A stretch of DNA of 64,000 bases from Macrostomum lignano (lineage: Eukaryota): contig NIVC01000190.1 in assembly GCA_002269645.1 (NCBI GenBank), forward strand, positions 62,001-126,000, given 5' to 3'. The notes under the pieces are model-generated. The model ran no database searches and was not told where the DNA came from. It saw only the letters and a program-made list of their open reading frames with translations. A program made the translations under genes and the position numbers. Below, in pieces: positions 46,130 through 58,688 of this stretch. Positions within the stretch are counted from its first letter, which is position 1; each line of letters opens with the position of its first letter.

Positions 46130-48639
46130 TTTTGATGCTGTACGACGCACTCCATCTATGAAACAGTTCATGAATTTCTTACTCAGCACATTTTTTGTTT
46201 TGCTTTCCTTGTTTTTCTTGTTTCTTGAGTATTATGCAAACTATGGTACAAGCAAATTATATTAAAGAAAAACTGGGATATGAAAAGCAAAAACAATTTT
46301 GCTGTCGACAATCGGTTACGAGGGAAAACTAGCAAAGCATAAGAATGGGTCAAACTTGTGAAATATAAGAGATAATAACTACATGTAACATACGCTCGAA
46401 GTTGTTATAGTAGTGGTAAGATCACCAGGGGAAACAGATAACTGTAAAAATTTTCTCATGTTACTTTTCCTATTTTTTAAAAGCAGAATAAAATTTCGTT
46501 TTTGTTGCATGTACGATTTTTTGTTTCATCATTTATTTTTTATTTCTTATTCTTTTCCGCTTTGCATTCGTTTTCTTTTCGTGTGTTTCGATTGCTTGTC
46601 GGCCAGTGTTTAACGTTTTTTAGAAAAACAAATGTATCAAATAAAGTGCAGACAATCCCCCTAAAATATTATAATGCTGTTCGATATAAATTGTACGTTT
46701 CAATTGCATATCAGCTAGTTGTTTTCTCATCATTGGTTATTTATAAATGCGTCCATGCAGCCAAAAAGCAAGTTTAATTGCAATTCCGTATTTAAATCTA
46801 TGTACAGTACTAAATATACGCGATCTCGTTTTCACCTCGTTTTTATGACTCTGTCACGAGGTCGAATCAACGAGGTCGTTACGCCGGAACATTTAGTATA
46901 CTCGTTACGAGATGCCAAAATGAGGTCGATTCGAGGTCGCATTGACCAGTGGGTATTGATTTGTATCTATGCTATCTATGTAGACTCTAACTCAGATGTC
47001 AGACATCCCAACATAATCATTACCTTTAAGTTTGATTTACTTAGAATTGTAACTGATGTAGGCCTATGATAATATCATATTTATATACCATTTAATGTCT
47101 TATGGCCAATTGTCATTGATTATATATATATCTATATATATATCCCTAATGTAGTTAATATAGTTATTCAATTTTTATTGTACTTTTCAGACTATCACTA
47201 AGTTGGATTTTTTTCGCCCGAGACAAGGTGCAAAATCTCATCTTGTGCCAAATTTCAAGGTGCAATTTTAAGGCTCAGAGTGCAATTTCTCTTGTTTCAA
47301 AAAATTGGGAATATATATAGACATGTCTTATATAAAGCTATAAACATATAGGCCATATGACTTAGTAGGTCATAGGAGTTATTTCATTTCATATTTTAAG
47401 GCAGTGTAAATGAGCTTAAGCATGTTAAGCCTTAAAAATGGTTATAAGATTGCACTTAAACTGCACCTATTTTTTCAATTTCAAGGTGCAATTTTAAAAT
47501 TTTAGGTGCATACGCACACTCTGCGCACAAAAAACCTAGGCACTAAGCATATGGGTATTTGCTCAAAGCATTGGCCAGATGGTACACCACTTATTAAAGT
47601 AAACAACTGTTTCTAACCAGTTGACCCACCATTGTTTTTTTTGTATCCACCAAGTTCCCTTTGGTAGACATTTAAATGTAAATTTGCAGAAGTTATGATT
47701 GTTTAGTTACATATTTCTTTTGTTTATTTATAGGCTTCATCAAACACTTCATTTCAGTGTCATCAAGGAATGTGGAGAAACGAAATCTCACTTCATTACA
47801 ACGATGTCAGTTAGCAGCTGAGCTTCCTGAATTCAATGACATTGATAGAATTGGTGACTGGAAAATACTACTATCTGACAAGTTGGCTACCTGGCATAGT
47901 GGTGACTGGGGAACCTGCATGGACAATCGAAGTCATTCATCTTTATTGCCTTATTGCTTTAAAATTATAGTATTGTTTGTTTCATTGTTGATATAGTTCT
48001 GATACAATTCATGTAGAGTATTGTTATATTTATCTCAATTGCTTCCAACTCTTGGATATATCCGAAAACTTTCGCCTTTAAATCTATGTAAAAGCCTACG
48101 AGTATAATATACACATTCGCACTTGTTTTTATACAGCTTTTTATAAGCTGATTATGCATCAGATATTTTACTGATGGCACAAGATAAAAGAATCTACTAG
48201 AAGGGAGCTGTGGCTTGTGTGGCCTAATGGGTCTGTTTTGACTTTCGACTGCATTATTTTCTGACTGATCATAGTTTTCCATACATGTTCAGTGCCGATT
48301 AATAGCAAAGATGAGCATTAATCGTTTTTACTAGAGACAACAAATTTCTGAGCAACCCAGTGAAAGAATTTTTAGTTTTCATGCAGCCAATCAAGAGATA
48401 TTGACTTTTGAATTTTGGCCTCCAGCCAATTTTACACGATTCGCGAGTGTAGCGTCCTTCTACTCTAGTTGTCCATGAACCATAATTAGAAAGTGTATGG
48501 TAGCACTCCAAAAAGTATAACTAAACAATGACTGAGAACTCAATATAAGATGAAGTTTAAAGCTACCAACTTGCTTGACCAAACATTTTCTATCTCAAAA
48601 GTGGCCCCCGAACTTTGAGACCGTTCTCTAAACTCGAAG

Positions 48640-50860
48640 GCACTCAATTTAGACTTATCCTCGCCTCGTTGAAAAGGTTCGCCAAATCGCTACGCCCGTA
48701 AAGCAAGCAAGAGGTATCGCAGTTTCTGGGTCTTGTCAACTTTTTCGGCCGACTAATCCCAAATTTCACCGCTAAAACACGCGCGTTAAACAATCTTCGC
48801 AAGGCTAGCACAGCGTTTGTCTGGGATTCCAGTTGCTCTGAGGAATTTGAAAATCTGAAGCGTGAGATTAGCTCCGCTCCTGTCATAAGGCCGTACAGTT
48901 TGGAGAAACCAGTCACTTTGACTACCGATGCCTCTAAAGGTGCCGTGGCTGGCGTACTCACGCAGGAAGGACATCCCATCATCTATGTTTCGAGAACGTT
49001 ATCAAAAGCTGAGGAAAACTACTCAAACATTGAGCGCGAGGCGCTTGCAGTTTTCTGGGCAATCAATCGCCTAAGACAATACCTCCTAGGAAGAAATTTT
49101 ACTATCCAGACAGATCATCAGCCGCTACTTCGCCTCTTTGGTGGCGAGGTGCCCACGCACACCTCGGCTAGAATTGGTCGCTGGGCGCTTGCGCTTATGC
49201 AGTATGACTTCCAAATTCAATATGTTAGTGGTCCTCAAATTCCCCATGCCGACGCACTATCCCGCCTGCGTTTCACTAAAGCGTCGCCCGATCCAAAGGA
49301 AATTTCTGATGCGATCAACTGCGTGGTATTCGAAACCTCAACCATTGACTCTAAGCGTATACTGGCGGAGATGGATTCTGACCCTCTTGTTCAGAAGATA
49401 ATTCAGCGCGTGCGCTCTGGAGACTGGTCGAAGTGCTCTCAGGCGGAATCCCCATACAAAAAAGTCGCGGATCGCCTCACTATGGAAACTGGCCTGCTAT
49501 TCAAGCAGAGACGCATCTTTATTCCGCCTCGCCTACGTCTCGAAGCCTTTAACACTATTCACGACACGCACTTGGGCGCGCAAGCCTCTTACAATCTACT
49601 AGCCTCATCGTGTTGGTGGCCTGGGATGCGGCTTGATGTTGAACAATTTGTGCGTCGATGTGCTGGATGCAATCAGCTACGACCGCGACTGCTCAAAGAA
49701 AGAGACACTTGGCCAGCATCTACTTTTCCTTTCCAGCGGATCCACATCGATTGGGCGTATGTAAAGGACATTGGAAATATCCTAATTGTCGTCGATACGT
49801 TTTCAGGATGGATAGAAGCTTTTCCGTCGCGTGACAGATCAGGAGATAGCGTTGTTCGGTCCCTAATTACCGTATTTTCTCGATTTGGTGTACCCGAACT
49901 ACTTGTGTCGGACAACGCACCTGAGTTTACTGGTGATCCCCTATCCTCATTCCTACGCGCCAATTGGAGTCACCTCCGTACTACCCTACCCTCAGGCAAA
50001 TGGATCGGCGGAGCGGGCAGTTCGTACTGTCAAGACGGCGTTGAGAGCGTGGACCGAGCGCGTCACCCACATGGAGTTCCTCCGCTTCCTTCAGAAGATA
50101 CTTTTCCACCATCGCAATTCGTCTATGTCCCGAGGTAAATGCCCGGCGGAATTGGTCTTTGGCAGACGATTGCGCGCGATTGACGCTTTCGTTCAGGGGA
50201 GACGGTCCACTACAAACCACATGAATCGTCGTCAGGCACCCCCGCGACCTTTGTGATGACTGCAGGCAGGAACACGGCGTGGGTTCTCGCTGACAGTCGG
50301 TTGCAGTTAGCTAGCACTAATCAGCTGGCGCCTCAAAACCAGCCTTCAGACGCCAATGACGATGATGAAGATGCTGTTCCCACATCCAATGCAGACGTGC
50401 CGCCCGATGACCAACAGCAGGCCCAACTGAGACGAAGTTTGCGAGACCGTCGACCTCCCGAGAGATTCACCCCATAGCATTCTCATGAGTTGCAGTGAAC
50501 AATAACTACCTTGCCTGTTAACAATGAACTGAATAAGATATGTTTTCCCACTCTAAAAGTTACTCATGAAATTTTATACTTTATTGATATAACCCATACA
50601 TATAGGTCATGGTTGTAAGCAGCTTCTGAAGAAGGGGCATGTTGTGCATTGAGAGAATGCCTCCTATCAACGCGCGCATTGATGTACTACTATTAATTCT
50701 CTTACTGACTCTCTCGTTCCCTTCAAGTTTCGCTTTTTGTCTATGTCCTATCTCTCTACAGGAATTCGTATATTTTAGAGCACCGCTCTCTTGTTTGTTT
50801 CCTAAAAGCATGTTTGAGACTTAAGGCAATAGAAAACAATAAAGTGCATCAGCATTAACG
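48640..50860 (+). mobile_element. 5'-truncated, frameshifted Gypsy element (RT thumb-RNase H-integrase, PPT, probable 3' LTR)
   Basis: FLGLVNFFGRLIPNF (connection); TTDAS, EREALAV, TDHQPL, ADALSR (RNase H); HDTHLG..CAGC, HIDWA, LVSDNAPEF. Frameshift near 49960-49990 before NGSAERAV. PPT GAAGAAGGGG at 50628-50637, then TGTTGTG.. from 50640 with AATAAA near 50840. No 5' LTR found. Confidence 0.85.
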
Positions 50861-51508
50861 CTGCTCCAAGTCTTTGGAGAAGAGTCCACGTTCTGACGAC
50901 AGTGCATGAGCCACTTCAGACTGCATTTCGGAATCGAGTCAATTTATACCAGCTAGTTCGATCGGAAGACTTTGGCAGCTGGTCTGTAATCCTATAGCAT
51001 TTGCATTATGGATTATATAAAATAAAATCTAGCAAATGTGTAGAAATCAGAGCGGAACCTATTCTGCTGTTGCACTCGAATGCACAAAACAAGCTCCGAA
51101 AAAAACGTTCTTTTCGGGTATATCATCAGCACAAGAGACATAGCGGCTAAGGGACACCACACGGGACAGGCCCTATTATCAAAGTCAGGTCAGGCAGTAC
51201 GAACAGGGAAAACTAATGAAGTAAAAAAACAGTCAGCTTCATTAGCAGCAGGAGGTTGAGCTGATGTCATCAGCAGTATCTGTTTAAATCAGCGATTAAA
51301 TTTCCTAAAGACAGCCGAATGCCTTCAATGCTTTAACTGCCTGCTTGGGCGTGGCTGTAGAGCCATGTTTAGCCTAACCTCGCGGAAATTTACATGCAGT
51401 TGAGCAACGCCAGATTAATCTATGCAATTAAATTTAAACAAAGTTCTCCATTGGGCGTTGACAACACGTATGATTCTTCTCCAGAGTTGCACGCTTCACT
51501 GCTGCACT

Positions 51509-51962
51509 TACATACTCACAATGTCAGCATTAGACTCTGGTATGCCTCCCTTAGTCGAAACCACACCACACCACGAGGAGGTGTGGAGGCAGTGCTGCTG
51601 TCAGGAGGCAGTCCGGAAGCAGACGGTTCCGGACCGGTCACTTCCCTGGACCTGGCTGCATACCGCCCCAGCATCGGCCAGGAAATCGCGGAGGACTGCT
51701 TCTTGTGCGGCTCAGCGAGCGAGACCCTTGAGCATCTGGTGGAGTGTCCGGCCACGTGGAGCCGACGCGAGGAACTCGGGCTGCTTTGCATGCGGGACCT
51801 GAACAGCAAGGAGCAAGGAGTCACCAAGTTCTGGAAATGGTTGCGTGCCAAGCTGGGGCGCGGGCCGGATGTGGATGCAGTCGGCAGCAACTGATGGACG
51901 TGTCAGCGACAGACTCTGGCTTCACACACACACACACATACATACACACACACACATACATA
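51509..51962 (+). mobile_element. 5'-truncated LINE (454 bp) with C-terminal CCHC finger, (CA/CATA)n tail and 12-bp TSD
   Basis: DCFLCGSASETLEHLVECP; CACTGCTGCACT duplicated at 51497-51508 and 51963-51974; microsatellite tail about 51926-51962. Confidence 0.88.
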
Positions 51963-52608
51963 CACTGCTGCACTGATAAATTTGGCGAATTTAGTGCATC
52001 AGCACTTAAATAGCTTGGGCTAAAATTTGACGCAAACTGCTTCTACAATGACCCAATGATTTCTTCCAGTCAATCAGTGGCACATTTAATAGCAAAATCT
52101 GTCAATCTATCAGACTATCAAGTACAGTGCATATACCTAAATGCTTGAAGGTTTCAATTCTTACCTATGACTAAGATTCATTAACTTTACAAAAGGAGAT
52201 ATGCGCGGGAGAAATTTTGTCAACAAGTACTAAATAACTTTGACGCTCTGTCACGTTTTTTGCGATGAATTATTAGTTGGTTAGTCTGTAGGAAGGCTTG
52301 GGGCACTGTTGCAAATCACACGTGACAGGGGATCCCGCAGCCGCCGAGGATACAAGCATTCAAACTGGTTCTGCTGAACCCTCAGCACGCAGAAGCACAC
52401 ATATTTGTGCACAGGCAAAGTTATTTCTGCTATTCAACTGCAAAAGAAGTTAAGGAAGACTCTTTTACATTACTGAAAACCAGAATCGGCATGATAAGTG
52501 AACTTAAAAATCTTCGCAAGCTATATAAAAATAAAGTAAGCGATGGAAACTGCCTGAGAGTTATTTCCAACGGTAGCTGACTTGGACTTGATTGGCTGCT
52601 GATATCCC

Positions 52609-52617
52609 TATATAAAA
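52609..52617 (+). promoter_or_regulatory. Candidate TATA box of iGluR paralog 2
   Basis: TATATAAAA about 70 bp upstream of ATG 52683, with ATTGG (inverted CCAAT) at 52591-52595. Confidence 0.35.
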
Positions 52618-52682
52618 AGACCTTGCATGTGAATCCAAATACAATCAACTCTACGAGCTACTAATCAACTAACTCCAAAGTA

Positions 52683-55600
52683 ATGGCAGTTGCACGCGTG
52701 TTAGCAATAGTCACTGCCTTCTCAGTTTATCTAGGCAGCTCATCCGCCCTGGACCTGAGAGTTGGCGTGATCACGGAGGCCGGAAACTTGAACAGCTCGC
52801 TCATCGACGTCGCCTTCGCCAGACGGGTCAACTACAACTGGAGAGTGCTGCAGGGCCACACACTCTCATATGTGCATGTCAATGTGAGCTCGTGCAGCTC
52901 ACACCAGGCTGTCAGGACTGGTGAGTTGAAGCATTTGCTACGCGACTCAATCGCTGCTCTGCTCAACCTGCTCGATCAATGCACACAATTGAAGCATGAA
53001 TTGCACGAATGCAAGTGTGAGTGCGAGCTGTGAGACTGTGCATGCGTCTGTGTGTCTCGCTCCGCAGTGTGCTCGGAGAGCGGCCTGTCAGGTCTGATTG
53101 GCGTCGGCAGCTGCTCTCTGCTGGATGAAGTGAGCTCACTGAGCAAGTCTCTGCAGCTGCCGCTGATCGCCCTGCCGACTGAAATGTGCGACTCTGCTCG
53201 GCTGAGCAAAGGTATGCTGCAGCGTGTCTTCTAAAGTTCTTTTGACAATTTTATTCAGTATTAATAAGCTGGCCAATCTAAACTTGCCTAAAAATAGCAG
53301 GATACACTGTGGTAGCCAGTCACAGCTCTCACGACATCATGCGCGCAGCGGCAAGCATATTCAAAGACGAATCGGAACTCAACAAAGTCGCCATGCTTTA
53401 CGATAAAAAACAAGGTTTGAATGTTTTGCAAAATCTTTATTTTATGTACTTTTTCCGGTATTCGGGTCAGGTTTCATACGGTAGCACTTTTTCTAGCTAT
53501 AAATATTAACATAATACGAACCATAAAATTGATTCAGATTCACTGATGCTGCAGAACCTGCAGTCCAGTCTCTCCTCTGCCGGTGTGAGCAGTCTCACAT
53601 TCCGAGTGGACGACTCTGTCAACGCTTCTGTTACTCCTGACCTGGTGCACCACCTCAAGCGGCTGGTCAAGAAGAAAGTGTTCAAGCTGCTGCTGCTCGC
53701 CTCTCCTCGCAATGCTCTCAGTGTGCTCAGGCTCGCCAGGGAAGCTGCAGTGATGCAGCAGAACTACTTCTGGCTCGTGCTCGACACCGGACTGTCCAAG
53801 GCCGATGTGCTCAGCGTGACGCCGGCGAACGCGAACGTCGCTCTGCTGAGAGGCAGCGTGTTCACCGAGTGCACAGCAGCAGTGATGGATGTGTTTCCTC
53901 AGTGCCAGACGGACTGGCTTCGGGTGAGCGTTTCATGTGTGCTGCTTGATGGCTGCAGGGATTCATCATGCAGCTCCGCACGTGTGCAATGCATGCCTCT
54001 GTCGCACTCGATCTCGCACTCGATCGTCGCATTCGACAGACTCTGGACGCTCGCTTCGTAGACGCCGTAGAAGCCATGGCCAAGGCGCTCAACGACTCGC
54101 TGCTGGATCCGGGATTCTCTCCCGGCAACGCCTCGTGTGCGCCACTGCGCCACTGGACATCGGGCTCGGCTGTGCTCAACAGACTCATGAGTGTGAGTGA
54201 GCTCACTAGCTGGCAAGCATTGACAAGCATTATTAGTTTCGAGCTGGTCTCTCCCCAATCCCTACTCAATGTGCAGATCAGCGACTTTGACACTCAGCGA
54301 GGCCTGATCTCGTTCAACAGCTCGACCAGACACTTCAGCTCGCAACGAGTCGAAGTAGTCGCGTCCTACAATGAGCTGTGGTCGTCTCCGGTCTCGATGC
54401 TGAGGTCGGCTCAGTTCGATGCATCGAGCGGAGCTCTGAGCAAGCTGTTCCACTACAAGGGAGTCAGCTTGGCATTCCCGAACACCTTCATGGGATTCAA
54501 GAACCAGACCTTGGTTATGTGTACCCCTAGAGTTAGTTACTTTGACAAATCTCTTTTGTTGTTCTACATGTCTTTTGGAAATGCATTTCTCTCAACCGCA
54601 GCTTTCTCTCAAAATTATCTCAACATTCAGATCAAATTAATGAGTTTTCTTCTAACTTTTCAGACCTCTCCGATGACAGACTTTGTTGCTGAGTTCCCAA
54701 ACAAAACTGTGATTATTCGAGGAATGACTCGAGATGTGCTGGACATTTTGGCTCAGAAAATGGATTTTAGGTAACCTTTTTATAGTCGTCCTTAATTACC
54801 TGCCTTATTAAAGTATAAGTTGGATGGGAGTTTTACCTGAAAATGCAGATACATCACTAAGGCACCTGACGACGGTAACTGGGGTGCGCCCCAGGCAGGC
54901 AAACCCTACTTCTCAGGATGTGTCGGAGAGCTTCAGCGTGGAGTGCGTGGGCTGTCATGTTTTCTCAAGATTTTTTTTGGTGAAGAATGATATCAGTTAT
55001 TTATACTTGCTTATATCTGATTTCCCCGCGTCCAGATCTCACACCTGGGAGCTGGCCCCTTCACCAAGACTTCAATTCGCGATTCCGTTATCGACTTCTC
55101 AACGCCGCTGTTCGACCAATCCACCGCAGTCATGGTGCCGAAACCGCCACCAGACACAAAGATGTGGAACATTTTTACTCCGTTGAGTCCGTCTGTGTGG
55201 TACCTCCTGCTAGGCACTTTGGCATGCGCCTCAGTTGTCATGTGGGTCCTTGCTTACTACTCTCCATTCTCGGCTTACAACTTGGGCCTTGAGTACGCAG
55301 TTTCTGATGAGATCTGGCTGCATGAGTACATTTGGAGCGCTATCGGGAGCTTCCTGCAGCAGGGCCAGGACTTCTACCCGTTTGCGATGTCGCCAAGGAC
55401 TGTTATGGCATTTTGGTGGATGTTTACCTTGATCATATTTGGAGCTTTTACCGGTGCGTCTGCTAGTGCTTTTATGAGCTAATGTATAATTAATTTCTAG
55501 GGTAATAAGCTACTACCATTCCTAATTATCATTACAGGTGACTTGACTGCTCACCTGACTGTGACTGTCACGGACTATCCGATCAAAACCCTGACAGACC

Positions 55601-56961
55601 TGGTCTCTCAAACCGCTGTTAAGCCCTACGTTCCAACCGGCACGAACCATTACACCTTGCTCACTACTGCCGAGTCAGGCATCTACAAGCAAATCGCTGA
55701 CGCAATGGTGGTCATGCCAGCTGGAGAATACTGTCCGTATAATGTGAGTCTTGAATTGTCGTGTTTCGGGTTGTTGACACTAAGCAAATTAAACGTTCCA
55801 AGTCACTAAAGGAAGTTCTAAAACAAAACTTTTCTCAGCCACCGAAAAATGACGCAGCCTGCATAAATGACTACACCTTTCTGTTGGGCCAAGCAATCAG
55901 GCACTGCTCCTTGTACTACATGCTCTCGGAGACTTTCAATCCATCTACGGTGGCGCTTATGTACTCGGAAGACGCTTTCTATGCTCAAATGTTCGACTAC
56001 AAGTAAAATTTTAGCTAACGACCTATGCTACCCAGTTATTTGCTTCGGTTGCTCAAAAGATTGCCATTGGAGTTGACAAACTAACTATTAGTTTACTATA
56101 AGTTTGCTACTATTGTAACAATTGTAACATTGTAACAAATGGCTACGCTAGACCACTACATGTAGGCTACACTATACCACTGGGCTAAGCGAGTCCGCTG
56201 GGCTACGCTAGACCACTAGGCTACGCTTGACCACTAGGCTACGCTAGACCACTAGGCTACGCTAGACCACTAGGCTACCCTAAACCACTAGGCTAAGCTA
56301 GGCCACTAGGCTACGCTAGACCGCTGGGCTACGCTAAACCACTAGGCTAAGCTAGGCCACTAGGCTACGCTAGACCGCTGGGCTACGCTAAACCACTAGG
56401 CTACGCTAAACCACTAGGCTACGCTAGACCACTAGGCTACGCTAGATCACTAGGCTACGCTAGACCACTAGGCTACCCTAGACCACTAGGCTACGCTAGA
56501 CCACTAGGCTACGCTAGACCACTAGGCTACGCTAGACCACTAGGCTACGCTAGACCACTAGGCTAAGCTAGACCACTAGGCTACGCTAGACCACTAGGCT
56601 ACGCTAGACCGCTAGGCTACGCTTGACCACTAGGCTACGCTAGACCACTAGGCTACGCTAGGCTAAAAATAACCACGCTAAATTTGTCCACAATCAACGC
56701 TCGCCCATCAGCTTGCAGAAGATGCACGAGTCTGGACTGATGCAGAGACTCTTCGATTTCTACTGGTCCAGAGAGAACTTCACCGACTGCGGCAAAGGAG
56801 ACGGCAGATCCACGGAGGCCGACGGCATCAGTTTGGAAGGCGTAAGCGGCTGCCTGCTGATCACGGGCTGCCTGTACACCATCGGCCTGCTCATCCTGTT
56901 GATCGAGCTCGTCTGGACTAAGCTGGGACGGAAGCGACCGTTGGATTGCATCATCTATTAA
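52683..56961 (+). CDS. Ionotropic glutamate receptor / IR-family subunit, paralog 2 (12 exons)
   Basis: Exons 52683-52920, 53068-53211, 53301-53414, 53538-53923, 54040-54192, 54277-54531, 54664-54770, 54849-54942, 55036-55453, 55538-55743, 55839-56002, 56712-56961. Internal exon lengths are identical to paralog 1 (144, 114, 386, 153, 255, 107, 94, 418, 206, 164). Motifs GPFTKTSIRDSVIDFSTP, WSAIGSFLQQG, WWMFTLIIFGAFTGDLTAHLTV. Confidence 0.93.
56141..56663. repeat. 18-bp minisatellite (GGCTACGCTAGACCACTA), about 28 copies, in iGluR-2 intron 11
   Basis: Direct tandem copies. Confidence 0.96.
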
Positions 56962-58688
56962 CAATTTTGAGTAAAAGCTCTTGAAATATAACAACTTTAA
57001 CAACTTTATAACAACAATATAACAACTCTATTAGATATTTGTGTTGTATAATTAGCCTTAGGAAACCGATATAAATTGCGATAGCATCGTTAAAAGTCTG
57101 TCAGAAGTACTCGATGATTATTGAATTCTGCACTGCACTGCATCATCCACCGAAGTAGAACCAAGCACAGTTTTTAAGCTAATAGAAATCAAAAAGTAGA
57201 TTTAGTTACGAGCTAATCTCAAAAAATATTAACAAAACTAATTAACTACGAGGTAAATTAATTAGCCATGCTCGTACACACTGTGTTTTATGAAGAAAAG
57301 TTGCACAGATGCACACAGGCAGTTCAGCTTTTTCATTTACATTTATATCCGAACAGCAAATATCTATTCTGCATGGTTAAACATCACAGTCTTCGGCAGA
57401 AATGACTGTAAAGAAAAAGCAGTTTGAGTTTGAATATCATCAGAATAAATGAAAAACATTCAATATACTCTTACTTATACATCGTACAGTCAATGTGTTA
57501 ATATTTGCGTCACTTTGAAAACAACTAGCTATGACAAAAATTGACGCATTCTACTGACAAATCCGGCCTTTAAGTAGTGTCTAAAAGTTTTTTTAACAAT
57601 TTCCCAAAATTTACAGAGGAAATTAAAAATACCTGCAATATATCGATACAACTCAGGATTAGACGAAAAACAAACAAAGTTTAACGCAGCATCAAATTTT
57701 ATACATTTAACCCAATACCGAAAATATGAGCAGGTCCAACTGTTCCAGTCTGTACAATTGAGTAACATCTCAAGACTAAAATGGGAATTATCAATTTGTA
57801 GAGCTATATCGTTAGTGTACAAGTGTATGTTAGTCGATCCCGTAAAAATGGTGTCTTTGCAAGGTTGAAAAATTATTGAAAAAATTGATCAAGCAAAGAA
57901 AGTGAATATATATTAATTCAGCTGCAGTAGTACGAAGTTACACTCGACTTACTAGATGCACCAACGACAAACACTGTTCCTTGCCCTAGAACTGCTCATT
58001 TCTAAGAAAAAAATCGAATGTAGTGTCGTCCTACTTTGGTTGTCAATGCATGTTATTGACATACGAGCCTCCAATTTCGCACCGTTGCAAGTTTAAATCG
58101 TTCGTGAGATTTCTGACGGTGTTAAAGAGCCATAAAGCGGTAACATTGAATAACAACGGAACAATGTCTTAACTAACTACGTAATTTGTTGATCGAATGC
58201 AATATTAGCTTTTTGCAGCAAATTTGGGCCTACACGAATTGAATTTAATCCAAGGTACGAGCCGTATGCTTGCCAAAACAATGGAGCTTTTTCTACAATG
58301 GTAGCATTTAATTTGGTCCAACAAGCATCAATTTGGTCCATAGCGGCTCTGTAGTTTCACCCTTAGATTTTCATTTAGACAAGACTGTCAAAAGCAGTGA
58401 TAATGCTGCGGAGGAGCAAGATCAGCCCCAGAATCATGGACCATATTTTAGACCATTGAACGAACGCCATGGGCATTTGCTATACTCATAGTTGAGCAGA
58501 TTGCATTTTTGACGTGACCTTGTATTGGCACAGTGAAATTTGATCAAATAAATAGCACTTAACAGCTATAACCAATGATTTCAGCAGGTTTCACATCCGC
58601 TATGGATCAGATTAAATACTTGTTGGACCAAACTATTTGTTATTTGCTATTGTTTGTGAATCGACACCGACGCATGCCGCACTAACAT

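Larger units (their letters stand above)
30803..46953 (+). mobile_element. CACTA/EnSpm (CMC)-type DNA transposon A, 16.2 kb including nested inserts
   Basis: Termini CCCACTGG.../...CCAGTGGG with TIR similarity continuing through CGACCTCGAA. CGACCTCG/CGAGGTCG subterminal repeats; 2-bp TSD TA (30801-30802, 46954-46955). Encodes a transposase and a partner gene on +. Confidence 0.87.
25195..48477. mobile_element. hAT-type TIR element (about 2.1 kb of its own sequence) inflated to 23.3 kb by nested insertions
   Basis: Perfect 34-bp TIR CATGGACAACTAGAGTAGAAGGACGCTACACTCG at 25195-25228 and 48444-48477, with further similarity GGCTGGAGGCCAAA. Perfect 8-bp TSD AACCATAA at 25187-25194 and 48478-48485. 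Confidence 0.88.

Noticed and set aside
47757-47996. Possible hAT transposase C-terminal remnant (KRNLTSL..ELPEFN..W) inside the large TIR element
   Set aside because: Similarity too weak to call without a profile search.
17591-48477. Idea that the shared TIR family marks the breakpoints of the iGluR tandem duplication
   Set aside because: The two elements have different TSDs, so they are independent insertions, not duplicated copies.
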